Part shown: positions 1-9,218 of the stretch, piece by piece | Layout: each line of letters opens with the position of its first letter | How positions within the stretch are numbered: position 1 is the first letter of the stretch | Notes under the pieces: model-generated | What the model was told of the DNA's origin: nothing | The model's database searches: none | The model's input: only the letters and a program-made list of their open reading frames with translations | Assembly (NCBI GenBank): GCA_029262675.1 | Contig: JAJCYW010000009.1 | Location: forward strand, 47,198-111,197 | Direction of reading: 5' to 3' | DNA: 64,000 nucleotides | Origin: Chloroflexota bacterium | Lineage (GTDB): Bacteria; Chloroflexota; Dehalococcoidia; DSTF01; RBG-16-68-14 | Program-made: the position numbers and the translations under genes

Positions 1-141
1 GTGCTCGAGCTGGCCCGCCGCGGCCACATCCAAAGCCGCGTTCAGACGTATCCACTCGAGAAGGTCAACGAGGCCCTGGAGGACCTTGAGGCAGGCGCGG
101 TCGATGGTCGTGCCGTGGTCACGCCGGGAGCAAAGGCCTGA
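1..141 (+). CDS. Zn-dependent alcohol dehydrogenase (MDR family), 3' fragment; 5' end lies outside the window
   Basis: Frame 1 reads ...VLELARRGHIQSRVQTYPLEKVNEALEDLEAGAVDGRAVVTPGAKA then TGA at 139-141. This matches the typical C-terminus of MDR alcohol dehydrogenases. Confidence 0.45.
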   Translation: MLELARRGHIQSRVQTYPLEKVNEALEDLEAGAVDGRAVVTPGAKA

Positions 142-282
142 GCAGGACGGCGGCAGCATTCGTTGGCCTCGCAGTGACTTGACACTCGACTCACTGCGAG
201 TCAGAATCCGCGTGGCCGGTCGTGCGACAACCCGGCCATCACTAGGAGCCAATCGGGCAGGGCGAGCTAAGGGAGGCAGATC

Positions 283-1071
283 ATGGAGTTCAAGCAAGTC
301 ATTGGCAACAGGCGTTCCATACGGTTCTTCGAGCCGGAGAAGCCGGTCGAGCGAGAGAAGATCCAGACGATGTTGGAGGCTGCGAGACTAGCGTCGTGCG
401 CTGTCAACGCGCATTGGGCGAAGGCAGTCGTCATCGAACGCGACAAGCTGCCGGAAGACAAGTTGGAGCAACTCAAGACTCCGGTGACGGCGCTGAACGT
501 GGAGCTCGCTCCCGTCCACATCTACTGGTACGCCGACCTGAGCGTCGTCAACCGGATCGAGGGCAGCCGCCTCAAGGAGTTGGTGGACGTCGGAGCGCTG
601 GCGCCTACGCACGGCTGGACCCACAAGTTCGTGGATGAGCTCGTCTACCCGCAGATCCTGAAGCCGATGACCGAGAGCCCGGGCTACGCCGTTGCCGCCG
701 CCGCCGACTGCGGGATCGCCATGTGCCAGGCGCTGCTGACGGCCTTTGAAGAGGGTCTAGGCGCCTGCTTTAGCGCCTTCACTCCCAACATCGCCAAGGA
801 AGTGTTCAACGTTCCCGACGAGTGGATCCCTCTCTACGTTCTGCTGGTCGGCTATCCCGCGGAGTCGCCGGACGGCGGCGGCCAGCGGCCGCGACCGCCG
901 TTCGAGGAGCAGTATTTTGACGGTGCTTATGGCACACCGTTCCAGCGCGACGATGCCGTCGTAGAGAAGCTGAAGCAGGCGAACATGATCCAGCCGCCCG
1001 CAACGCCCGGCAACCCGGAGCGCATGGACGAGATCAAGCGCCTGGCAGAGCGCCTCGGCCTGCCCCTTTAG
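283..1071 (+). CDS. nitroreductase-family flavoprotein with a ~60 aa C-terminal extension; paralog of 38732..39565
   Basis: ATG at 283 preceded by AAGGGAGG. N-terminus reads VIGNRRSIRFFEP...KIQTMLEAARLA, the classic nitroreductase RRS-R motif. It is alignable along its length with the ORF at 38732. Confidence 0.7.
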   Translation: MEFKQVIGNRRSIRFFEPEKPVEREKIQTMLEAARLASCAVNAHWAKAVVIERDKLPEDKLEQLKTPVTALNVELAPVHIYWYADLSVVNRIEGSRLKELVDVGALAPTHGWTHKFVDELVYPQILKPMTESPGYAVAAAADCGIAMCQALLTAFEEGLGACFSAFTPNIAKEVFNVPDEWIPLYVLLVGYPAESPDGGGQRPRPPFEEQYFDGAYGTPFQRDDAVVEKLKQANMIQPPATPGNPERMDEIKRLAERLGLPL

Positions 1072-1078
1072 CGGCTGA

Positions 1079-1453
1079 ATGACAGACCTGCAACCGCTGA
1101 TGGACTACGCCACGGTGCAGACGTGGCTCGATGATCTGCGCCGGCACTGGGGCGACGACACTGACGGCGTCAACGCGGAGCGTCTCGATATCCTCGAAGC
1201 GTTCTGTAGGTTCGCGGACAAGGACCCCGACAGCGTGATCGACGAGTGTCTCCGGGTAAAGGACGGCGAGAAGGTGGTGCGGGCCAAGGGCCGTCGCCGC
1301 TACGCGGACCTGATCACGCAGTTCCAGGCCCAGGTCGAGGGATCGCGGCTGAAGCGAGGCAAGTGGGGCAATACCGTCCGCAGCTTCCTGATCCACAACG
1401 GCATCTTGCTCCAGGCCGGGCTGCAAGGCGGAGATTCCGCGGACGAAGGCTGA
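1079..1453 (+). CDS. hypothetical protein (124 aa), probably co-transcribed with the nitroreductase
   Basis: ATG lies 8 nt after the upstream stop on the same strand. No recognisable motifs. Confidence 0.35.
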   Translation: MTDLQPLMDYATVQTWLDDLRRHWGDDTDGVNAERLDILEAFCRFADKDPDSVIDECLRVKDGEKVVRAKGRRRYADLITQFQAQVEGSRLKRGKWGNTVRSFLIHNGILLQAGLQGGDSADEG

Positions 1454-1579
1454 CGCCGTCTCACGAGCAGGCCCAGCCCAACTCCCCGAGGTTTGGCGGA
1501 CTTCCGGCGCCTGTCTGCGGGCCACCTGTTTCGAAGGGTAGAACGAGTTCGTTTGCAGACGCGTTTGCAGATCAGCGAG

Positions 1580-2320
1580 CTAGTCGGGCGGTGTGAGGAG
1601 TGGGTCTGTCAGCCCGTTGTCCTTGATGAGTTGCTCCGGCGAACGCACGCAACCATAGTCGTAGCCTACCAAGCCATCCTCCAAGGTAAGTGTCCAGCCG
1701 AGGGGGCCGAAAACGTCAGCGCGCTCCGGTTCAAACGAGAGAACCACCACATATCTGGGGACTTCGCTAGCGGTGCGAGGCAAAGGCGGTACGCGGTACA
1801 CGCCGTGGACTCTCGATTCTGGCAACCGTTCGTTCAGTAGCCGAATCGTGCCTTGGACTCCACGATTTATTGGCACAAACCCGCCCTTACAAGTCACGAC
1901 GTAGAACGCCTCGACTAACGAGCCATCGACCTGTTCTGGTGGGCAGGTTGGCTCTGTGGCGAGCTGCTGCGGTGTCGCTCTACACGGGACATCTCTGGGT
2001 CGAATGAGCGAGATCAGCATTTCTAAGTCTAGAGACTCAAGCGCGTCGATGACAGCGTCAACGTCGGGAATCCCCGTGTCGGGTAGCGGCGTGGCTGTGC
2101 TTGAGGCAGGCACTTGTGTCGGTGACAGGTCTGGCGTCGGCAGCGGCGTCGTTGTGCTGGCCGGAGCGAGCACTTGTGTCGGTGATAGCTCTGGCTGTTG
2201 GAGCGGTGTCGGGCTTGCCAAGGGGCCAGAGTTGCTGTCCTCGCCGCCACCACACGCCGCGACGATGAGCCCAACAACTAGACCTGAGAGTACCCCTGTA
2301 CGTAGTGTCATGCTCGCCAT
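1580..2320 (-). CDS. secreted lipoprotein with Pro/Thr-rich tandem repeats, unknown function
   Basis: N-terminal signal with lipobox (LIVAACGGG). Repeated LSPTQV...P(T/A)STTTPLP units, mirrored by ~66-bp-spaced DNA direct repeats around 2060-2230. Confidence 0.5.
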   Translation of the reverse strand: MASMTLRTGVLSGLVVGLIVAACGGGEDSNSGPLASPTPLQQPELSPTQVLAPASTTTPLPTPDLSPTQVPASSTATPLPDTGIPDVDAVIDALESLDLEMLISLIRPRDVPCRATPQQLATEPTCPPEQVDGSLVEAFYVVTCKGGFVPINRGVQGTIRLLNERLPESRVHGVYRVPPLPRTASEVPRYVVVLSFEPERADVFGPLGWTLTLEDGLVGYDYGCVRSPEQLIKDNGLTDPLLTPPD

Positions 2321-2433
2321 CTCCTACTGTGATGGTCGGAGTGTAGCACGCAGTGATCAGGCAAGTGGCGAACCAAGTGTTGTCAGGTTGCTTCGCTCTC
2401 CGTAGTCGCGTGGGCGCGTCGCACCGAGGCCCC

Positions 2434-3246
2434 TTACTTCGTGAGAAGGCCGGCGTCGATGACGAACGGGGAGCCGGTGACGTACCTCGCGCGGTCGGAG
2501 GCGAGGTAGAGAACGGCCTCCGCTACGTCCTCGGGCTCGATCCAGGGCACGGGCAGTAGGTTGCCGGCCGAACGCTCGGCGATCTCCTCTGTCGTTGCGC
2601 CTTCGAGAGACGCCAGGCCATCGTTCATCGGCGTATTGACGCCGGTCGGGTGAATGGAGACGACGCGGATGCCGTGGGGCGCTAATTCGAGCGCCCAGGA
2701 CTGGGACAGGCCGGTCAGCCCCCACTTGGAGGCGGCGTAGTGGCTGAGCCGGTTCATCCCGCGCAGTCCGGCAATCGACGAGTTGTTGATGATAACGCCG
2801 GAGCCCTGGCGTATCATGACGGGGATCACGCGCCGGCCCACGAGCCAGCTACCCTTTAGGTTGATGTCGATCATCGCGTCCCAGGCCTCTTCCGTGAGCT
2901 CATGCGCGAGGCCGTAGGCGCAGATGCCCGCGTTGTTGAAGAGGATGTCGATGCGCTCGAACTCCGCGACCGTGCCGTCAACGGCGGCCGAGATGGCGTC
3001 GTCGTCGCGGACGTCTCCTTCGAACGTCAGGCAATCGGAACCGGCCTCGCGGCACTCCGACTGAAGGCTGCCCAGGTCGTCCCCGGAGCCCATCGCATAG
3101 CCCGGGTAGGGTAGGGGCTTGGCGACGTCGAACCCCGCGATCCGGGCGCCGGCCCGCGCGAGGGCCAAGGCTGTGGCGCGGCCCTGGCCGTGGGCAGCGC
3201 CGGTGATGAACGCGACCTTGCCGGCGAATTCGCGATCTGCCATCAT
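2434..3246 (-). CDS. SDR-family oxidoreductase of the carveol-dehydrogenase / mycofactocin-coupled subfamily
   Basis: GKVAFITGAAHGQGRATA Rossmann motif matching the M. tuberculosis Rv0687 subfamily (GKVAFITGAARGQGRSHA as recalled from memory). Insertion PLPYPGY after the second beta-strand, catalytic YxxxK (YAASK), and a C-terminal IHPTGVNTPM motif. Confidence 0.75.
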   Translation of the reverse strand: MMADREFAGKVAFITGAAHGQGRATALALARAGARIAGFDVAKPLPYPGYAMGSGDDLGSLQSECREAGSDCLTFEGDVRDDDAISAAVDGTVAEFERIDILFNNAGICAYGLAHELTEEAWDAMIDINLKGSWLVGRRVIPVMIRQGSGVIINNSSIAGLRGMNRLSHYAASKWGLTGLSQSWALELAPHGIRVVSIHPTGVNTPMNDGLASLEGATTEEIAERSAGNLLPVPWIEPEDVAEAVLYLASDRARYVTGSPFVIDAGLLTK

Positions 3247-3794
3247 GCTGTTCCTTCTGCTGGCGTCGACCCGTCCTTCCGGTACGGGTCCAAGAAGCCA
3301 TCAAGCTCGACATCGAGCGCGTTGTTGAAGACGTTGGTCGCGACCATCAGCGCGCCGAATGCGGTGAGCGCTACGATCTGTTCAGCGGTGAACGTGGCGG
3401 CGAGCCGTGTATACGTCTCATCGGGGACGCGGGCGAACGGCTTCGCGAGGCAGCGGCCAAACTCGACGACGGCCTCTTCGCGTTCGTCGAGCTCGTATCG
3501 GTCCGGGTCCTCGCCCGATTCGGTGATGATCTGCCGGAAGAACGTTGAGCAGACCAGGCAGTCATTCTCGCTGGAGATCGCGTGGGAGAAGAGATTGACC
3601 AGACGCTCGCCGAGGAACGGCTGGACGGTATCGCGCAGCGCGTACCACTCCATGAGCGCGTGGAATGCGGGCGGGGAGTGGAGCAACGTTCGCTTCATGC
3701 TCGTGATGCGACCGTGTTCACGGACCACCTCGTCGTGGGCTGCGCGGACGGCAGGTGTTGCTTCGTCGTACTCAACGGGACGGATGCGTGGCAT
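3243..3794 (-). CDS. carboxymuconolactone decarboxylase (AhpD-like) family protein
   Basis: Start taken at internal Met (MPRIRPVEYDE), which has a GGAGAG RBS. AhpD-like helical pattern with CxxC-like ...ENDCLVCS. Overlaps the SDR gene by 4 nt, which suggests an operon. Confidence 0.6.
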   Translation of the reverse strand: MPRIRPVEYDEATPAVRAAHDEVVREHGRITSMKRTLLHSPPAFHALMEWYALRDTVQPFLGERLVNLFSHAISSENDCLVCSTFFRQIITESGEDPDRYELDEREEAVVEFGRCLAKPFARVPDETYTRLAATFTAEQIVALTAFGALMVATNVFNNALDVELDGFLDPYRKDGSTPAEGTA

Positions 3795-3905
3795 GTGCTC
3801 GCTCTCCTTTCTGTGGAGCCGTCTTCGCGCCGGTCGAGAGGCGGGCGTCTCTGTGGTCGCTCCCATGTGCAAACACAGGCGGACCCGCGGCGACCAACAG
3901 GCGCT

Positions 3906-4433
3906 TCACGCCTCCTCGCTAACCTCCAGTACCATCTCGGGCAGTGATCGCCGCGGCGTTACTTGAGGTTCCTCCGCAGGGTATCCGAGCGGGAGGAGAG
4001 CGACTGGGCGCAGCGTCTCTTCCGCACCTAGAGCCGCCCGCACGTTGTCTTCACGAAAGGCCCCCACCCAGCATGCGCCCAGACCGGCGTTGGCGGCTGC
4101 CAGTTGTGCGTAGGCGCAGGCGATGGTCGCGTCTTGAATCGCGAACATCGTTTCGCCGTGTGGACCGTATTTCACTGCGGAGGCGGCAGGGTCAGACAGG
4201 AAGACCAGGACGACGGGAGCTTGCGCGACGAAGCCCTGGTCGAACGCGGCCAGGGCCAGCAATCGGCGGACCGACGAGGCCCGGGCGACGGCGACTCTGT
4301 ACGCCTGCAGGTTTCCGGCGGAAGGCGCTCTCCTGGCGGCGCGCAGGATGGCTTCCAGGGTGTCGCTGTCCACGTCGCGCTCCTGGAACGCCCGGATCGA
4401 ATGCCGCCCCTCGACTACGTCGACAAAGTCCAT
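3906..4433 (-). CDS. nitroreductase family protein
   Basis: Start at MDFVDVVEGRHSIRAF. Motifs RHSIRAF, ...LEAILRAARRAPSAGNLQ and C-terminal LPLGYPAE, all typical of the family. Confidence 0.7.
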   Translation of the reverse strand: MDFVDVVEGRHSIRAFQERDVDSDTLEAILRAARRAPSAGNLQAYRVAVARASSVRRLLALAAFDQGFVAQAPVVLVFLSDPAASAVKYGPHGETMFAIQDATIACAYAQLAAANAGLGACWVGAFREDNVRAALGAEETLRPVALLPLGYPAEEPQVTPRRSLPEMVLEVSEEA

Positions 4434-4464
4434 ACGCACCGATCTCCCTGTTCCGCCCGCGCGA

Positions 4465-5013
4465 TCACAGGGGCGCACCTTTCATCCCCATTCGACCCTT
4501 GACGTACTGAACTTCGCCCAGGTGCTCCGCCGTATGGCCGATGCAGAAGAATGACAGGATGTCCTCCCTGCTGGCACTGCTAATTATCGGGTACACGTCC
4601 TGGAAGAATGGAAGCGGTATCTCGTGGGTTGCCGCCTCCCCGTCCAGCCCGTCAGCGTACGTCTGGATAGCCTGACGGACAGCTTCAGCGTAATCTAGAA
4701 GGTCTTCCAGTCGTAGGTGGATCTGACCGATCTGCTCACGACTCAGGCCGCTCCCGAACGGGGGGCTCCCCGGTTCGGCTACCGGCAGCCGCTCCGCCCA
4801 GCCATCGGACGTGAACACGCTGGGTTGTCCTATGAGGAGGCCATGCACGATCTCGTCTTCCGATCGGTAGGCGTGCCACAGAGTGAACATGATGTGGTTG
4901 GGATGGTCCTCGGGCTGCCAGTGGAGCTGGTCGCCCGTCAGCCCTTCGCAGATGAGACGGGGGTACCAGTGCCAGAACTCTAGATTCTTGCGGAGTGAAT
5001 CGCCGACGCTCAT
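4465..5013 (-). CDS. DinB/YfiT-like (DinB_2) metal-dependent four-helix-bundle protein
   Basis: AAGGAGA RBS. His-rich pattern (HW..P..HPNHIMFTLWH ... H..EH) typical of DinB_2. First gene of a minus-strand tandem: DinB, nitroreductase, CMD, SDR. Confidence 0.55.
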   Translation of the reverse strand: MSVGDSLRKNLEFWHWYPRLICEGLTGDQLHWQPEDHPNHIMFTLWHAYRSEDEIVHGLLIGQPSVFTSDGWAERLPVAEPGSPPFGSGLSREQIGQIHLRLEDLLDYAEAVRQAIQTYADGLDGEAATHEIPLPFFQDVYPIISSASREDILSFFCIGHTAEHLGEVQYVKGRMGMKGAPL

Positions 5014-5106
5014 CGTGAGTCTCCTTCAACAGACAGGGTCTTTCTTGTCTGAACCCGGTCCTAGTCGACCGGCCCCCTATACGCTACCACTCGCTATGTT
5101 AGTCCG

Positions 5107-6486
5107 ATGAGCGCCCTGGCTCCAGGCGGAGTGCGGCTCCGCCTGGAGCGGCAGGTCTTTCAGTATTCAGGCAGCCGCCTGTTAGCTTCCATCGCGGTAT
5201 CATGGCGCATCATGGCAATTCGATTGCACAACGCGTTGCCCTTAGCCGCGCAGTTGATCGGCAGCTCGGCGCGGCGGCTGCGGGGACTGTCCGCCGTCGA
5301 CGTGCCGGCCGAGGGCGACCCGTTCATTATCGTCGCCGGCCCGGGACGCTCGGGCACGAGCGCTGTCGCACGCGTGCTGCACGAATCCGGCCTCTCGATG
5401 GGTTCGCACTTTCGAGACCCTACCGTGGAGAACGCCACCGGCTTCTACGAAGAGCTGCCGGTCTGTTACCTCAACGACAAGATCATGGCCGAGTCCGGCA
5501 TGGCGGGCATTGGTCACTATCCGATGCGGTCGACCGTCCTGGTCGCGGCCAGGCGTTATACGAGCCAACTAGCGGCTCTCGCGGATACAGACGTCGCGGG
5601 TTGGAAGGACCCGCGCTTCGGCGTCACGCTGGAGGCGTGGCTCCCGCATCTGCCAGGGCCTCCCAAGCTCATCATCTGCCTCCGCAGCTCGGAGGCGTAC
5701 CTCCACTCAATCTCGCAGATGTTCGGCCTCGTCGACCGCGACATAGCCGAACGCTGGTGGACAAAGATGCTGCGACGTCTGCTGGATGTTGCCCGCGACT
5801 ACGACCTCGACGCGACCTGCGTGGAGTACGACGACCTCGTGACACGACCCGCAGAGACGGTCGCGGAGCTCTCCAAGTTTGTCGGTAAGGAGCTGGATGC
5901 TTCCCACGTGGAGCCAAAGCTGCGCCACTTCGCGTACCACATTCCTCATCGGCTGGCGCCGCTCTACAACGAAGTACGCGCGCTGGGGCCACACGCCACG
6001 ACTCGTGAGGTTGAGCCCGCGCCCGCGACGCCCGAAGCCGTTGACGCGTACATGCGGCAGATCGGCGACGTGGACACGCGGGTCGAGTCGGCAAGAAACG
6101 ACTGGAGCCGCCGCATCGGCGCGCCGGACTTGCACCTGGTGTCCTACCTGGATCGAGGCCTCGACTCAGCACACGTCTACGCAGAAGGCAGGGAGGCATC
6201 GCAGGCCTACGTCGAAACGTTGAGCGAAGCGCAGGTCGAGTTGGGTGTGTTGATACCCCCTGCGGGTTTCGGGGCATACCACGAAGCGACGCGGGCCGCG
6301 GTAAACGACGCGAGACTCGTCGCGCAACTCACGCTCGAGGCGGCCGAGCAGCGCCGCGCCGTGGAGGACGTAACAGATGCCTACAGGCTCCGCCTCTCAC
6401 CAGAGGCCCTCGCCAAGAAGCAGAAACGGCGGTCAAGAGAACTCGAGCGTGCCCGGCGGGCGGCAGAGACACAACCTGCGCGTTAG
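5107..6486 (+). CDS. sulfotransferase-family protein (start uncertain; in-frame ATG at 5212 is an alternative)
   Basis: PAPS 5'-phosphosulfate-binding-loop-like GPGRSGTS followed by ...RDP..., the Stf0/Sulfotransfer_3-like layout. Long charged C-terminal tail. Confidence 0.5.
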   Translation: MSALAPGGVRLRLERQVFQYSGSRLLASIAVSWRIMAIRLHNALPLAAQLIGSSARRLRGLSAVDVPAEGDPFIIVAGPGRSGTSAVARVLHESGLSMGSHFRDPTVENATGFYEELPVCYLNDKIMAESGMAGIGHYPMRSTVLVAARRYTSQLAALADTDVAGWKDPRFGVTLEAWLPHLPGPPKLIICLRSSEAYLHSISQMFGLVDRDIAERWWTKMLRRLLDVARDYDLDATCVEYDDLVTRPAETVAELSKFVGKELDASHVEPKLRHFAYHIPHRLAPLYNEVRALGPHATTREVEPAPATPEAVDAYMRQIGDVDTRVESARNDWSRRIGAPDLHLVSYLDRGLDSAHVYAEGREASQAYVETLSEAQVELGVLIPPAGFGAYHEATRAAVNDARLVAQLTLEAAEQRRAVEDVTDAYRLRLSPEALAKKQKRRSRELERARRAAETQPAR

Positions 6487-6676
6487 GCCCCGCGCTAGCC
6501 TGCGGTTTACTTTCGTTCCAGTGCGTCCATCGCGCGTGGAGGGCGTCCGGGCTCGGCAGTTCCTGGAGCGAGCGGTTGGCGGCCGGGCGAGCTGTGCGGG
6601 CGGATGGGCCATCCGACTCTTCTAAGTCGAGCCTTGCGCCCCGTGCGCGACGCCGCCTGAGATGACACACTAAGTC

Positions 6677-8071
6677 ATGCAGATGAGCCAGCCCGTCAAT
6701 ATTCCGCTCTCGGAAACGGCCGAACCGTCCTCAGCGGGAGCGTTCTGGCGGCATGACCCTCCCTACCACCTCTTCCTGCTCACGAGCCTGGCCTTCGCTA
6801 TCACGGCCGGCTTCACGCTGGCGATCTTGGCGCCCCTGAGCATGGCCCTCGAGTGGGGGTGGGGACGGCATTACTTGCCGCTCACGCAGGCGCACGGCCA
6901 GGTGCAGGTCCTGGGCTTCGTGGCGCTTTTTATCATCGGCATGGCGTATCGGCTGATGCCGCGGTTCTCAGGCCGGCCGCTCACTCCTCGCCTGCTGGCG
7001 TGGGCATCGTGGCCGATGCTGTCGCTGGCGGTGGTGCTGCGACTGATCGCGCAGCCGGCCGGCGAAGGGCTGTGGCAGCGCACGCTCCTGGTGAGCTCGG
7101 GCTGCCTCGGCATGCTGGCGGCGACGGCGTTTGCCCTGGTGGTCGTGGGGACGCTAATGCACCGGCAGAGCCGAGCGGAGGCAACGGGGTACTTCTTTGT
7201 TCTGGCTGCTGCCTTCTTCGTGCTGCAGGCCGGGATTAACCTCGCGCTGGTCGTCCTGGCAGCCCAGCGCGGCGAGGACGTGATTAGAGCCACGGAAGCA
7301 GCCGGCCTGCTGCATGTCCAGTTCTACGGCTTCATCGCCATGTTCATCTTCGGCGTGGCCTCGCGCGCGATCCCGACGATTTCTGGACTGCCCCGGCCCC
7401 AGATCCAGGCCAAGGCGGTGGCCTTGGCACTGGCGGCGGCGGTGCTGGTGTACACGGTCGCCTCGCTCTGGATCGGCAGCGGCTCGCGGAGTGAGGCGCT
7501 GGTGCGGACGGAAGCGGTCTCGTTCGCGGCGCTTGGGCCGATCTTTCTCGCTGGCGTTTGGGTCGTGGGAATCTTCCGGCCGGCGGCCAACCGGCTCGCG
7601 GGGGCGTCGCAGCACCACATCTGGCTGATCCGGGCGGCATTTGCGTGGGCGCTGATCTCGGCCGGGCTGAGCGCGTACTACGGCGTACGGGCAAGCGCCG
7701 GAGGCGACTTTCTCCCGGTCTTCGGCGTCGATGCCGTGCGACACGCGGCTGGCGTCGGCTGGGCCACGACGATGATCGCCGGCATGGCGATGCTGATACT
7801 GCCCGAGTTCGCTATCCGCCGGACGCGCCATCCAACCGAGCGCTGGCCGGCGCTGACGATCCTCGTGTTGCTCAGCATGGCGGCGGCGCTGCGGGTGGCG
7901 GTGGCGGTGGCGGCGGCGCAGTGGCCGGACACCGACCGCTACTGGCCGATGGCGGCTGGCGGGATGCTGGCCGAAGGCGCGCTGCTGCTCTTCGCGGCGC
8001 TGTTCGTCGTGAGCCTGTGGCAGAAGCAGTCGATTGTGGCATCGATACCGTTGCGGCCGGCGGGGAAGTGA
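6677..8071 (+). CDS. NnrS-family heme-copper membrane protein
   Basis: About 12 predicted TM helices. Segment AHGQVQVLGFVALFIIGMAYRLMPRFSGRPL parallels the NnrS signature HAHEMLFGW...AVPNWTGRPPL (His ligands). Confidence 0.55.
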   Translation: MQMSQPVNIPLSETAEPSSAGAFWRHDPPYHLFLLTSLAFAITAGFTLAILAPLSMALEWGWGRHYLPLTQAHGQVQVLGFVALFIIGMAYRLMPRFSGRPLTPRLLAWASWPMLSLAVVLRLIAQPAGEGLWQRTLLVSSGCLGMLAATAFALVVVGTLMHRQSRAEATGYFFVLAAAFFVLQAGINLALVVLAAQRGEDVIRATEAAGLLHVQFYGFIAMFIFGVASRAIPTISGLPRPQIQAKAVALALAAAVLVYTVASLWIGSGSRSEALVRTEAVSFAALGPIFLAGVWVVGIFRPAANRLAGASQHHIWLIRAAFAWALISAGLSAYYGVRASAGGDFLPVFGVDAVRHAAGVGWATTMIAGMAMLILPEFAIRRTRHPTERWPALTILVLLSMAAALRVAVAVAAAQWPDTDRYWPMAAGGMLAEGALLLFAALFVVSLWQKQSIVASIPLRPAGK

Positions 8072-8446
8072 TCAGCGTCGGCGGCCGGGCCAACTCGTCA
8101 GTCACGTCGCTGCACGTGTCCTCGGAGCGCTCGGATGACGGCTTATACGGTGCTTTGCTCAGACGGCAGATGGCGCCACGGTTGCGGTAGGGGAGAAGAC
8201 GGCCGGGAAGGGCCGCCTCTATCATGAGCCGTTGGGGTTGGAGTGGGAGACGACGCTCGAACGTGCGGCGCTCTGCTTGGGAAGTATTGGGTCGCTGGCT
8301 TAAGAGTCGGGGATGATCCGGTTTCCGGTATCAGACCTGACTCCGTGGCGATGCCGGAGCCAGGGCCGCGGTCGTTCGCGGGCCCTCGTCACGCCTTCAC
8401 AATGGTGTGTTGTTCTAGTCAGGCCCGCATTTCGGCGATCCGAAAC

Positions 8447-8674
8447 TCACTGGCGGAGCCGGCGGCCGCGCTCCAACATCCAGACGCCAATGCCGCCTCC
8501 GAACAGGCCGAGCGGCACGGCCAACGCCGGCCCGAAGGCCAGATAGGTCACGATACCCACGGTGAGGCCAACCGCAACGAAGGCCAACGGAGCAAGACGA
8601 TGGAGGTGCGTGCCGCTGAAGCCGATGCCGTCGTGTTCGTCATCGTGCGGGGCGGACTCGTCTGGCTCGTTCAT
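8447..8674 (-). CDS. small membrane protein (75 aa), hypothetical
   Basis: Start at MNEPDES with a GGAG RBS. Acidic N-terminus followed by two hydrophobic helices. Confidence 0.3.
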   Translation of the reverse strand: MNEPDESAPHDDEHDGIGFSGTHLHRLAPLAFVAVGLTVGIVTYLAFGPALAVPLGLFGGGIGVWMLERGRRLRQ

Positions 8675-8988
8675 TCGATCTCCACTGCAGCACGTCGAAG
8701 AGGATCCACCTAGACCGAGGTTTGCCGTCCGGTGGAACTGGGGACGCGGCTCAAGCTGGCGAGTCTCGGTTGAGGAAGCCCCGTTTTCGGCACTCGGGCT
8801 TGCTGTGTACAGACCCGTCGTGGGCCCGTCGTAGCCCCCCGGCAGCCAGTGGCCTAGCGCCCTCTGCTTTCGCACCTGATTGTACCGCAGACAGCCGGCC
8901 GGCACATGTTCAGTTGGGTCCGCCTGGCCCGCGCCTGTCTTCACACTGGAGGTGCTACTTCAGTTGTCTATCAGGCAGAAGTCGTATT

Positions 8989-9085
8989 TGGAGCGGGAGA
9001 CGAGACTTGAACTCGCGACTCCTTCGGCTGCGTTCAGGACAGGCGGCTGCGTTCAGGACACGCCCTCTGGTTGGGTAGCGTCTGG
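8989..9085 (+). repeat. intergenic repeat family, copy A; minus-strand sense ends in a tRNA-like T-arm + acceptor + CCA; contains an internal 17-bp tandem duplication
   Basis: Core GCGACTCCTTCGGCTGCGTTCAGGACAGGC...CTCTGGTTGGGTAGC is shared with copies at ~16521 and ~32443. The reverse complement ends GCGAGTTCAAGTCTCGTCTCCCGCTCCA (5-bp T-stem, TTCAAGT loop, 7-nt acceptor 3' strand, discriminator T, CCA). Confidence 0.5.
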
Positions 9086-9218
9086 CCCGCTTCCCGTCGA
9101 TGGCCAGGATGCCTTGCCCTGCAAGGCGGACTGAACGACGCGGAAGTCGGTTTTCGTTCGGCGGGCGCGGGCCTGGCCGCCGAACGCCTACAGAGTCAGT
9201 GCGAGAGCGTCAGGTTTC

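Noticed and set aside
5202-6277. Alternative-frame and antisense ORFs (5202..5888 +, 5672..6277 -) within the sulfotransferase gene
   Set aside because: Arg/Pro-rich, no start context. They overlap the ORF carrying the PAPS-binding P-loop.
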